Positions 1 to 8,670 of a stretch of DNA of 40,000 nt are shown here, one piece after another (positions within the stretch are counted from its first letter, which is position 1; the number at the start of each line of letters is the position of its first letter). The stretch lies in contig JBDRQO010000041.1 in NCBI GenBank assembly GCA_043826275.1, positions 9,809-49,808 on the forward strand, written 5' to 3'. Source of the DNA: Pseudomonadota bacterium (lineage in GTDB: Bacteria; Desulfobacterota; Desulfobacteria; Desulfobacterales; Desulfobacteraceae). Made by a program: the position numbers and the translations under genes. The notes below the pieces were generated by a model, which ran no database searches, was not told the DNA's origin, and saw only the letters and a program-made list of their open reading frames with translations.

Positions 1-732
1 ACCGATGATGCCCAGGATAACGATAAACCCGCCAATAAAGACAAAGGGGGGAAAATCGTTAAACCACCCGTAAAAAAAAGGCATGATGATTACCGCAGCT
101 CCTGCTGTAAAGATAGCCATGAACACATTTGTTCCGGTTGCGGCAGTACTTCGGGCAATAATATTTTTTGAGCCGGGTAAAAATTTTCTCATAAAAAAAT
201 ATGCCAGAGTGATGCCTGAAATCAGCATAGCCAGATTTCGGTGCGGAAAGCGAAGGGTTGTTGGAATATTCTTATCTGCCAGTTCATCCGGTTCCAGCCG
301 GTCAAACTGGAGATAGGCTTTTTGGGTATTGTCTGAGATTTCAATATACCCGAACGGTAAATTTACAGTCGGCAGCATGGGATGGGTTGTGTTTAAAAAC
401 ACGGGGTTATCCGGATCAAAGAGCGGGTCGGATAATTTCTGGCGTAACCAGGACCGCAGGGCATCTGAATTGGAAATGATCAGCCGGTCTTTTATCTGCT
501 GACGGATGAATTCTTCTATGGTCGGTTTTGGTTTTCCAGACGAGGTGATGCTTTTGGCAAAGCCCATGATCCCGAAATAATTTTTGGGTGACACTATTTT
601 GTTTTTGTATTCAACCGACCAGTTCACTGGCTGAATGGATATTAAATCTGTAGTAGGCCGCCACCAGAACAAAATGGCAGCAAAGATTCCGGCGCTGATT
701 AAAAATGAGTTCAATAACCTTGGCAAATCCAT
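1..732 (-). CDS. Integral membrane protein of unknown function, C-terminus cut by window edge (absent from supplied ORF track)
   Basis: Hand translation of the minus strand. ATG at 732..730 is preceded by AAGGAGA (rc of 733-741). 244 codons run to base 1 with no stop (I checked every triplet). It starts MDLPRLLNSFLISAGIFAAILFWW (TM helix) and has later hydrophobic segments FMAIFTAGAAVIIMPFFYGW and FVFIGGFIVILGIIG. Confidence 0.65.
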   Translation of the reverse strand, partial: MDLPRLLNSFLISAGIFAAILFWWRPTTDLISIQPVNWSVEYKNKIVSPKNYFGIMGFAKSITSSGKPKPTIEEFIRQQIKDRLIISNSDALRSWLRQKLSDPLFDPDNPVFLNTTHPMLPTVNLPFGYIEISDNTQKAYLQFDRLEPDELADKNIPTTLRFPHRNLAMLISGITLAYFFMRKFLPGSKNIIARSTAATGTNVFMAIFTAGAAVIIMPFFYGWFNDFPPFVFIGGFIVILGIIG

Positions 733-799
733 TTCTCCTTGTATTTGATTCATGATACCGGGTGCTGGATTAAATAATCATCGTAAAATATTGGACTGA

Positions 800-3604
800 T
801 TAATCGCCAATATTGATCTTCCAGCTTTGTTTAGCCACAAATTTTCCTGTTTTTTTATTTTTCATCCACACCGTAATATAACAGGTTTCGGCTCTGGCAT
901 AGGTATATCGAACTTCCGGCTTTTCAGTCCAGGCGGTTGGCTGCGGCGGTGATTTGTCCTGGCTTGAAACATTGTCATTCATCCACCAGGTGTAACTGAC
1001 CGATTCCGGCGGATTGACAACATCGACCTTGAACACAACAGGTTCCTGTTTTTTTATCGTTCCCGGCACATAATGTAACGCGGTTAATTTTGGGGCTTGT
1101 GCTTCGTCACCGGCTGAATTGTTGTTTGCACTGTTGTCAGAAACGGCAGCTGCGGTTGATCCGGATTTAAAATCAATTTTGGGCATTTTGGCAGTTCCCT
1201 TATACGCCTGACTGGACAATGTCTGCTCAAGTAATTGCTGCTGATCTTTGTCAAGTTTTTTGACAAACCGATAGGCATATTCCTGGCGTAATTTTCCTGC
1301 CGGTGTCTCTCCTGTGAGAATAAAAAGTTCATCAGCCCTGCGCTGGCCGCCAGTCATTGAATCCCGCCATGTTGTTGATGCCAGATAAAACTGAATGGCG
1401 GCTTTTTTTGCTCCGGATTGTCCGGCCTTGATATTTCCTTGTCCGGAACTCAGCAGACCGGATTTTGAGATGATACCACCGGTCAGGCAATCTCCATTAC
1501 TCGAGACAGCCTGGTCATGTCGGTAGTCGATATGAAACACACCATGGCGGACACCTGACGATGGGCGATAGGAACTCACGTCATTTTCATCTGTATCCGT
1601 TTCTCCCGAACTTCTTGTTTTGCCATGATATTCAATTTCCCATCTGCCGCCCGTGGGGATTACTTTTGGCATGGTTTCCCAGGAGAGTTCAGAATCCACT
1701 GAATAAGAGACCATTTTGGGAATATTAATAGAGACAGCCCCCCAAATTTTGTTTTTACCGGGTTCATGGGAAGATTTGAAACCGGGCCCCTCCCATTTAT
1801 ATTTTTCATCCTTTTCTTTGACGTCTGTTAACACATAGTATCCGCGATCTTCTGCTGCCATGATGGCTCCGGATCGGATACGGATTCCGCCCATATCCAG
1901 AACCAGTGAAACCTGACTGGATGCCGTCAATTTAGGTTCTTTTAATTTTTTCAGATCAACAAAGATCTGGTTTTGCTGGACTTTAAGTGTGTATTGATCA
2001 AAGAACAGTTTTTTTCCATCAATATAAAGTTCATGAAACCGGCCCCATTGATCCCCTTCCGGCAAATTTATGATCAATGGTTTGTCTTTGGGATGGACCC
2101 CGTAAGGATGATGTTTGATAATTCCTGTTAATGTTGACTGGTCTATATTCAGGGTTTTAAGGACAATTTCCAGCCGTGGCAGATACCAGTCAAGTAATTT
2201 TGTATTTGCATAAATGGCAATGGGCAGCAGATGTTCTGCCATGGCCTGATTGACAAGAAAACTGTCAGTGAATCCGTTGTAACTGACCGGTCCTTTTGCC
2301 AGCTCAAACAACCCCTGGGATGCTGCCCAGGAAAGTTGAACAATTGGAAGATGTTTGATCTTATTTGCTTGAGTCAAGCTTCCCATGGGAAAATTCCGGT
2401 AATAAATCGTTTCCGGCCATAGAATTCGATCTTTTGAGGCTTTGGCGTTGAGTAATTCCAGTTTGGGTTCAGGATAAGGGTTCTGTCCGTTGGCATTTAT
2501 AATTTCAAAGCTTTGACCGTCATACGTTGCTGAACCGCTGACCGTATCTGCGGAAAAAAAATTGCGGTTGGTATAGGTTGCCAGACAAAGAAACAGGTTG
2601 GGTGCATGATCTATTTTATCCATGTCTTCAAGCAGATTCCAGCTGATGGCATCGCGAACAGCCGAAGATATTTTCTTTTGGCCAATCGTTTTATTCCATA
2701 CCGATTTGATCAATTTTTCAGTGACAAAGAGTTCAAACATATCCTGTGCCATTCCGGCATATTCATATATACCCGGATGGGAATCATTCCGGACATGGGC
2801 CGGCACAGTCATATCGGCCAGCAGATGCATGGTTTCACCCAGGGCACGCCATGCAATGACAAACTGGGCATCCCGCAGGGCAGGGGACTTGGTCTGGGCC
2901 AGGGCATTTCGCATGGATTCAATTCCTTTTTCCCAGCTCCAGGGATTGGCTGCAAATTCCTGGTCCGCAGGTCCGATCATCGCCCATGTCCGGGCATCCA
3001 TATCAGGTCTTCCCAGTACATTGTTGACCGCGACATTCCCGGACTGGGTGACCCAGTCATGTGAAAAATCAGTAAGTCCCTTTCCAGTGATGGGGTCGTA
3101 GAAGTGGCGAAGTCCCATCCATACTTCAGGTTCATCCGCAGTAAACCCGGCTTCAATCAGCCAGTCCGGGAATTTGAGCGTTTTGTTTCCGGTAAGGCAG
3201 AAATAAGATGTCCCGATTTTAGCGCCGTCCTTGAATACGTCACTGGGATAAAAATATCCGCTGCGGTAGATGCTTTCACCCTCAATCGTCCGTAAGGAAT
3301 CTCCCATCGGGTTGTCCCGGAGTTGATATTTGAAAACAGGGTCAAACTTTACATCGTTTTTTGACAGCTTCTCATTCAGCATTGCCTGATAGAGGATCAG
3401 GGTCAGGTAATTGATGTTTCCATGGGGGCCATCCACACGATTGGTGGTTGGATCTGGCTGGCCCATGGTCTTGTTGGCATAGGCGCAAATCTGTGGAACA
3501 AAGCAGGCCGACAGCAATATAAAAGTGATTGTCGTATAACTCAAAGACCGTATTGTTTGTTTAAGAATCAATGATTTAGAAATGGTACAAATACCACTTT
3601 CCAT
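800..3604 (-). CDS. Secreted zinc-dependent phospholipase C-like protein with large central region and C-terminal Ig/PKD-like domain
   Basis: The 983-aa ORF is trimmed to the ATG at 3604; an alternative TTG at 3571 lies just after the upstream stop. The signal peptide is ...TITFILLSACFVPQICAYA. The motifs GLRHFYDP (about 3091-3114) and MHLLADMTVPAHVRND (2783-2830) resemble the HFWDPD and MHYFGDxxxPxHxxN zinc-ligand motifs of clostridial alpha-toxin-type PLC. The tail VFKVDVV..SYTWWMND..YTYARAETCYITVW looks PKD/Ig-like. The start codon is uncertain and no clear SD is present. Confidence 0.7.
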   Translation of the reverse strand: MESGICTISKSLILKQTIRSLSYTTITFILLSACFVPQICAYANKTMGQPDPTTNRVDGPHGNINYLTLILYQAMLNEKLSKNDVKFDPVFKYQLRDNPMGDSLRTIEGESIYRSGYFYPSDVFKDGAKIGTSYFCLTGNKTLKFPDWLIEAGFTADEPEVWMGLRHFYDPITGKGLTDFSHDWVTQSGNVAVNNVLGRPDMDARTWAMIGPADQEFAANPWSWEKGIESMRNALAQTKSPALRDAQFVIAWRALGETMHLLADMTVPAHVRNDSHPGIYEYAGMAQDMFELFVTEKLIKSVWNKTIGQKKISSAVRDAISWNLLEDMDKIDHAPNLFLCLATYTNRNFFSADTVSGSATYDGQSFEIINANGQNPYPEPKLELLNAKASKDRILWPETIYYRNFPMGSLTQANKIKHLPIVQLSWAASQGLFELAKGPVSYNGFTDSFLVNQAMAEHLLPIAIYANTKLLDWYLPRLEIVLKTLNIDQSTLTGIIKHHPYGVHPKDKPLIINLPEGDQWGRFHELYIDGKKLFFDQYTLKVQQNQIFVDLKKLKEPKLTASSQVSLVLDMGGIRIRSGAIMAAEDRGYYVLTDVKEKDEKYKWEGPGFKSSHEPGKNKIWGAVSINIPKMVSYSVDSELSWETMPKVIPTGGRWEIEYHGKTRSSGETDTDENDVSSYRPSSGVRHGVFHIDYRHDQAVSSNGDCLTGGIISKSGLLSSGQGNIKAGQSGAKKAAIQFYLASTTWRDSMTGGQRRADELFILTGETPAGKLRQEYAYRFVKKLDKDQQQLLEQTLSSQAYKGTAKMPKIDFKSGSTAAAVSDNSANNNSAGDEAQAPKLTALHYVPGTIKKQEPVVFKVDVVNPPESVSYTWWMNDNVSSQDKSPPQPTAWTEKPEVRYTYARAETCYITVWMKNKKTGKFVAKQSWKINIGD

Positions 3605-4481
3605 CCATGAGGATAAAACTGACAGCATATTTTTGTGCTCCATCAATAATTTCATATTCAACCAGATTCCTGCCCATTGCCGTGACACGGCGTGATTTGA
3701 GTGCATTGCCAAAACGGGCCAGTTCTTCAGGGCTGCTGTTTTTAATCGCATTTTTTATGACTGTCTGCTCTCCAGGCAATATGGCATTGGTTAGCCCTTC
3801 CTTATCCCCTTTTTCAAAAAAATCACTGACGGATGTGACATGGCTATCCAGGGCCTTGAGTTCTGATTCATTGAACTGCTCACCTAAAGAAAGGGGCGGT
3901 TGTCTGGTATCTTTTGTTGAATCAATGATATTCTCATTTGTATCCGTTGTTTCGATCACAGGGGATTTAATCCCGCCATGATTATCAAACACCATACGTT
4001 CCAGCATGGACAGAATAAAAGGCGGCAGGGTTTTATCGGAATAGGGGGTTATATTCACAATGACACTGTAGACGTAACCATCTACCAGAGGCAGGAACTG
4101 ACAGACAAAAGTGGCGTTGTTGTGCCCTGTCGCCATGGGGCAGTTTTGCTGTTCCAGTATGGTAACCGGACCTTTTTCAACAATGCCGGAGTTTGAAAAT
4201 TTCAAAGATCCCCATTCTTTGGTGTAATTTTTCAGCCAGGCCGGGTAATCTGTAATAGGTTTTTTGTTAAGTGGTCTGGCTGACAGCTTGATTGTGGTGT
4301 TGATTCCCTGTTGCCCGGAAATAAGCGTGAGCTGAGAAGATGTGTTATTCTCCAGATCTGTTGCCTGCCAGTCATCTGTCAGGGAGATGGTATATTTTTT
4401 CCAAATAATTTCCCTGGCATGGGTCGTGGTTATAAGCAAGCAAAACAGGATCACTCCTGACGCTGCGATGATTTTTTTCAT
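3576..4481 (-). CDS. Secreted hypothetical protein (301 aa)
   Basis: ATG at 4481 overlaps the upstream TGA (ATGA, 4478-4481). The signal peptide is MKKIIAASGVILFCLLITTTHA. I recognise no motif. Confidence 0.8.
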   Translation of the reverse strand: MKKIIAASGVILFCLLITTTHAREIIWKKYTISLTDDWQATDLENNTSSQLTLISGQQGINTTIKLSARPLNKKPITDYPAWLKNYTKEWGSLKFSNSGIVEKGPVTILEQQNCPMATGHNNATFVCQFLPLVDGYVYSVIVNITPYSDKTLPPFILSMLERMVFDNHGGIKSPVIETTDTNENIIDSTKDTRQPPLSLGEQFNESELKALDSHVTSVSDFFEKGDKEGLTNAILPGEQTVIKNAIKNSSPEELARFGNALKSRRVTAMGRNLVEYEIIDGAQKYAVSFILMDGKWYLYHF

Positions 4482-5581
4482 TGCTCCCCTTCTATATTTA
4501 AATGACTCAGCGTGATTCCAGCCCAGGATGTGGCAGAATCCTTAATTTTAAACATGGGTGCCAGGCCTTGGGTCTGCCAGCTGTTATTGTTCGGATCGGT
4601 TAATCTGCCCCGGCTGATGATCAGAGCGGAACCGTCAGACAGTTCTACGACATTCTGGGTCATGGCTTTCCCATAGCTGGCAGAACCAAAGGTTACAGCC
4701 ATATTATTGGCAACCAGACCGGCAATGAGAATCTCTGAGGCACTGGCCGTAAATTCGTTCTGCCATAGGGCTATTCTTTTACCCTTCCAGATACGGCCCT
4801 TTGCAGTATAGGTGAGTTTTTCCTTATTTGTTTGTACCATTAAAATTTTGCTGCCGGCCGGCAAAAAGAGTCCTGCAATATCCACCGCAGCAAACAGGTC
4901 TCCACCTGGATTGTTGCGCAGGTCCAGAACAAGCGGTCTATCGGGTTTGTGTTTTTGTAAAATTGTCTTTATTTCTTCAAATGTCTGGGAAGAAAAATGG
5001 CTGATTTGAAGGATATCAAGTTGGCCTGATGTGCTCAGCCACACTGAAATGTCTTTTAATGGTCTTCGATTGATATTAAATTTATGTTGAATATTTCTGT
5101 TGCTGACCGTCAGTTTCACGAGGCTGTTTTTTTCTCCCCTGATGCGGCTTCCCACCCAGTAGATGGATCTGCCTTCAACCCGGTCATCATTTACTGCCAA
5201 TAGCTCATCACCCTGTTTTATGCCGGCAGTCTCAGCCGGGCTTGTTGGTCTTGGCAGACAATAAAAGTGTCCGCTTCGATCTATAATTTCCATACCAATA
5301 CCGTAGTAGCTGTATTTTTGAGACTGTTTCCATTGTCTGTATTCTTCAGGGGATAAATAATCACCATAGGGGTCATGGCGATTCATATACGCTTTCAGGG
5401 CTGCTGTGGTAATCTGGCCGGCATCAGGTGAGTCAAGGCTGTGTTTTTTGATCTTGGTCACAGTCTCAAAAAAAATCAACATGGCCTGGTCATTGGTCCA
5501 GGCCATGTTTTCTGCAAAGGCCGGTCCGGGCTGAACCGGCCAAAGGGATAAACCAACAAGGATGATCAAGATCAGTCGCAT
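4478..5581 (-). CDS. S41 family C-terminal-processing (Ctp/Prc-type) serine peptidase with PDZ domain
   Basis: Signal peptide MRLILIILVGLSLWPVQPGPAFA. PDZ-like GIKQGDELLAVNDDRVEG. S41 signatures LDLRNNPGGDL, catalytic-Ser region FTASASEILIAGL and Lys region SASYGKAMTQ. Confidence 0.9.
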   Translation of the reverse strand: MRLILIILVGLSLWPVQPGPAFAENMAWTNDQAMLIFFETVTKIKKHSLDSPDAGQITTAALKAYMNRHDPYGDYLSPEEYRQWKQSQKYSYYGIGMEIIDRSGHFYCLPRPTSPAETAGIKQGDELLAVNDDRVEGRSIYWVGSRIRGEKNSLVKLTVSNRNIQHKFNINRRPLKDISVWLSTSGQLDILQISHFSSQTFEEIKTILQKHKPDRPLVLDLRNNPGGDLFAAVDIAGLFLPAGSKILMVQTNKEKLTYTAKGRIWKGKRIALWQNEFTASASEILIAGLVANNMAVTFGSASYGKAMTQNVVELSDGSALIISRGRLTDPNNNSWQTQGLAPMFKIKDSATSWAGITLSHLNIEGEQ

Positions 5582-5585
5582 ATGT

Positions 5586-6086
5586 TTATAAAGAACTTAA
5601 CTCCTCTGCCTCTTTCAAGAGTTCATCCATACGCTTTTGCAATTGTTCAATCCGGGCCTGCTTGACCGTATCCGAGGCATTAGAATTATTGGTTTTTATT
5701 GTATTGCCCCGCAGGGCTGTCACCTCATCCTGCAGCCGTTTTAACGCCTGCTCCTGTGCAACATTGGTTGTTTTGACTTTTTCCAACCGGCTTTCCAATT
5801 TGCCGCTTTGGGCATACAGCGCAGCCAGTTCGGTTTTAAGCGCCTCGTGCTGGGATAGTTTTTCCTGTTTGCTGGCTTCCAGCTGCTGACTTTCCAGTTT
5901 GGCGTTCTGGGTGTCTGCCTCTGTGGCGGATAGTGTGGCTTTTCTGTCTTCAAGACGTTTCTCATAGGCTTCTGGATTGTAACCGAACAGGCCACCTTTG
6001 CGGGGATCGGTCTCAGTGGAGGAGACACAGGCCCCAAGGTTTAATAGTATGAGCAGACATCCTGCAATGGGTATGATGGATTTCAT
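5586..6086 (-). CDS. Coiled-coil lipoprotein (about 166 aa)
   Basis: The track ORF starts at a GTG at 6104. The ATG at 6086 has AAGGAG 9 nt upstream, so I trimmed to it. The lipobox signal is MKSIIPIAGCLLILLNLGAC. The rest is heptad-like and charged (LESQQLEASKQEKLSQHEALKTELAALYAQSGKLESRLEKV...). Confidence 0.8.
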   Translation of the reverse strand: MKSIIPIAGCLLILLNLGACVSSTETDPRKGGLFGYNPEAYEKRLEDRKATLSATEADTQNAKLESQQLEASKQEKLSQHEALKTELAALYAQSGKLESRLEKVKTTNVAQEQALKRLQDEVTALRGNTIKTNNSNASDTVKQARIEQLQKRMDELLKEAEELSSL

Positions 6087-6103
6087 GGTAAAACTCTCCT
6101 TCA

Positions 6104-6787
6104 CTAAACCGACATGCGGCTGGACAGGCTTGCCAGATTCTTGCTGTGCTGTTCCAGTTCAGCGACCAGACCTTCCAGCTTTGCAATTTCAGCGTCCAGG
6201 GCTTTGGATTGATCAGTGGCGCCTTTTTTTTCGACCTGGGCCATGGCCTGTTTCTGAGAATCCAGCTCAAACTTTGCCCGGTCCAGTTTTTCACCTGTTG
6301 TTTTTGCGGCAGCATCAATATTTTTTTTCTGGGCCAGCAAGGTCTGTTTGTTTGTCTGTTTGGCTGCATACTGCTGCTGCAGTTTTTTTGTTTGGGTTTC
6401 CAGCAGGGCAATATCACTTTTAATTTTTTTATTATAGGCAATGGTTTCCTGGTTGACTTTTTGAGCACTGACAATACATTGATCCAGCCAGTCTTCTTCT
6501 TTGGCGTATTCCGCTTTTTTGGATGCTACATGGTCGCCGTAAGCATATCCTGCGATGCCACCTGCGGCTGCACCGATCGCTGCGCCAACCAGGGCACCCT
6601 TGGAGTCCCCACCTACCAATGCGCCAATCAATCCGCCCAATAGAGCTCCGGTCCCGGCACCCACTGCGGCGCCTTCGTTTTTGGTTCTCTGGCTATCATC
6701 AGTGGTTCCGGTGGTGACACAGCCCACTGACATCAAACACATGGCCAACACTAAAACCATGGCAATAAAACGAAACATACGAGACAT
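6104..6787 (-). CDS. Lipoprotein with SlyB/Pcp-like glycine-zipper segment fused to a C-terminal coiled coil
   Basis: Trimmed to the ATG at 6787 (GGAG 8 nt upstream); an alternative ATG lies at 6793. The signal and lipobox read MSRMFRFIAMVLVLAMCLMSVGC. The Gly-zipper is GAAVGAGTGALLGGLIGALVGG...GAAIGAAAGGIAGYAYG. A coiled coil follows (IALLETQTKKLQQQYAAKQ...LDAEIAKLEGLVAELEQH). Confidence 0.8.
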   Translation of the reverse strand: MSRMFRFIAMVLVLAMCLMSVGCVTTGTTDDSQRTKNEGAAVGAGTGALLGGLIGALVGGDSKGALVGAAIGAAAGGIAGYAYGDHVASKKAEYAKEEDWLDQCIVSAQKVNQETIAYNKKIKSDIALLETQTKKLQQQYAAKQTNKQTLLAQKKNIDAAAKTTGEKLDRAKFELDSQKQAMAQVEKKGATDQSKALDAEIAKLEGLVAELEQHSKNLASLSSRMSV

Positions 6788-6842
6788 ATTCATACTCCTT
6801 TTTCTATTGGTCTTATCTTTTTTGTTCTTATCTTTCCAGATT

Positions 6843-8660
6843 TTACCGTTTAAGGGGAATGATAAGAGATTCATTATTATCAAAGCCTAAAACAAGCTCC
6901 AGTTCCTTTTTTCCTGCGGCAAGGATGTGGTTGTCCTGTACCCACAAGTCCAGTTTTTCTTTGCCCGCGCCCAGTGTATACGATAACGAGCCGTCTGTCA
7001 GGTTAATCGTTTTATTTTTTTTTGTTACAGCAATCAGCCAGGTGCTGTTGCTGTTATTGGTATCCCAAATGGCGTCTTTGGTGTCCGAGTCTCTTAAAAC
7101 AAGACTGGTAATGGTTTTATCCTGAGCCTCAATCTCGAGCATCAGCAGGCTGTCGGGTGAGCCGTCTCCCTGCAGGGCTTCGTTACGACCGACAAAGTCC
7201 CCAAAGCCATTGAGTTTTTTGAGCTTCAGGCTGGCATTGACTATATTCTGAGTGGCAACGGTATTCTTGATGGCCACAGGATTTATCTCAACCGGGGGCA
7301 CAGTCGTCTGGGTTGTAACGGGTTCCTCTTCAGCTGCCTTATGGGTTACCGGCTCTGCCCGGGTATATTCTTCCTGAAGGATATTGTTGGGCAAATAGCT
7401 GTATTCTCCTTTGCCAAGATCTGCCAGTTCCGGTATATGGGGTGTGGGTATGGCATCGATGCCAGGCAGTTGTGATTTGCCGTTATCGATTGTGATAGAT
7501 TTTAAGGATGCTTCAAGAAGCTGCGCATACTTGTCATTTTTTACACCCACTGCTATGCCAAGAGGCTTACCGTCTGAGGGCTTATCCTTAAAGAGAATCA
7601 AGCTTGCCTTGACTTTTCCATCCCTGACCAGACCGGTATGCTTCACTGCATTCAACCCACTGATCACGATATTTTCTTCTGTCCGCTCTTTCATATACTG
7701 GACCTGCTCTTCACCCCCTTCTGCCCTGACAATAATGATGCTGGCCAATTCGTCTCCCAGTTCAAATTTGCCGTTATCGTCTCTGATTTCGCTTTTCCAG
7801 TTGCTGGGAATATGGAGACTGACCGGCCCCAGGCTGTATTCCTGCCATGGGGGTCTATGATCTATACTTGCAGGGCAGGTAATGGGTTCATAATCTTCGC
7901 CAAATTCCTGCCCACAAACCGGCATGGCAATCCAGGCCACCCGTCTTTCCACCCATCCTTCCTGGAAAAATCCCCCCAGGTATTTACCGTCCAAAATAGA
8001 TTCAAGTCTTATTTTATACTGTAAATTAATCTCTAAAACAATCGGGGCGGTCAGCTTTGGACCTCGTTTTTCTTCAAGCAGTGTGGGGATCCAGCTGATC
8101 TCAAGCGTATCCATATTTTCCACCAGCTTGATCTTTTCTCTATCCTTATCAAGGGTAATATAACCTTTTTCATCAAGGAATCTTATACTGAAAATTCTTT
8201 TGATCGTCCGGTATCTGGTGTTCCCGGACTTTCCCCCCGCACCGGCCAGGGGCATGGTTATTTCTTCAAGCTCCGGTGCCAGGATTTTTATTTTTACTGG
8301 AGTTCCTATGCTTTGCACGGCAATTATGCGCATGTAGGGTGTCTGATAATTTTTTAATGCACCTGGGTTGTATTCGATTTCTCTTTTTATACCTGAATCT
8401 TTGAACTTTTCCCAAAAATAAACAGCCACCGGATTATCCAATGGCAAAGGGCCTTTCAGGCCTTCGGTTTCGATGGCTACCGGCAATTTGAGTTCATATT
8501 TTCCCGGAGTTGCTTTGTTTTTCAAATCGTATTCAAAAAAAAGGATCTCTTTTAGGCTCAAGGTATCCTGGGGTTCACCCTGCTCTATGGCATATACCGG
8601 AGCCAGAAATAGCAATGTAAATATGATACCGAGCGATACTGTTTTTTTAATCTTTTTCAA
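6843..8660 (-). CDS. Secreted hypothetical protein (605 aa)
   Basis: TTG start at 8660 with AAGGAGG 5 nt upstream. Signal peptide MKKIKKTVSLGIIFTLLFLAPVYA. A Pro/Thr-rich linker (EPVTTQTTVPPVEINP) separates two regions. No family recognised. Confidence 0.8.
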   Translation of the reverse strand: MKKIKKTVSLGIIFTLLFLAPVYAIEQGEPQDTLSLKEILFFEYDLKNKATPGKYELKLPVAIETEGLKGPLPLDNPVAVYFWEKFKDSGIKREIEYNPGALKNYQTPYMRIIAVQSIGTPVKIKILAPELEEITMPLAGAGGKSGNTRYRTIKRIFSIRFLDEKGYITLDKDREKIKLVENMDTLEISWIPTLLEEKRGPKLTAPIVLEINLQYKIRLESILDGKYLGGFFQEGWVERRVAWIAMPVCGQEFGEDYEPITCPASIDHRPPWQEYSLGPVSLHIPSNWKSEIRDDNGKFELGDELASIIIVRAEGGEEQVQYMKERTEENIVISGLNAVKHTGLVRDGKVKASLILFKDKPSDGKPLGIAVGVKNDKYAQLLEASLKSITIDNGKSQLPGIDAIPTPHIPELADLGKGEYSYLPNNILQEEYTRAEPVTHKAAEEEPVTTQTTVPPVEINPVAIKNTVATQNIVNASLKLKKLNGFGDFVGRNEALQGDGSPDSLLMLEIEAQDKTITSLVLRDSDTKDAIWDTNNSNSTWLIAVTKKNKTINLTDGSLSYTLGAGKEKLDLWVQDNHILAAGKKELELVLGFDNNESLIIPLKR

Positions 8661-8670
8661 ATAAACCTCC

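Noticed and set aside
2606-3101. Plus-strand ORFs of 152 and 159 aa inside the PLC-like gene
   Set aside because: They lie entirely antisense to a long minus-strand ORF that has clear motifs. Their translations are Arg/Ser/Pro/Gly-rich shadow-frame products with no start context.
3605-3751. N-terminal extension of the 983-aa ORF (track start 3751)
   Set aside because: The extension would overlap the 3' end of the upstream gene by 176 nt, and it precedes an obvious signal peptide. I trimmed to the ATG at 3604; a TTG at 3571 is also possible.
6811-6834. Direct repeat TCTTATCTT twice (15-nt period) in the spacer before the Gly-zipper lipoprotein gene
   Set aside because: It is a short pyrimidine-rich repeat in a 50-nt spacer, with no hairpin or known motif. 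It is likely incidental.
5662-6890. Several 75-165-aa alternative-frame ORFs on both strands across the two lipoprotein genes
   Set aside because: These are frame shadows of repetitive coiled-coil and Gly-rich coding sequence (poly-Ala/Pro/Gln-like translations). The lipoprotein frames have an SD, a lipobox and coherent architecture.
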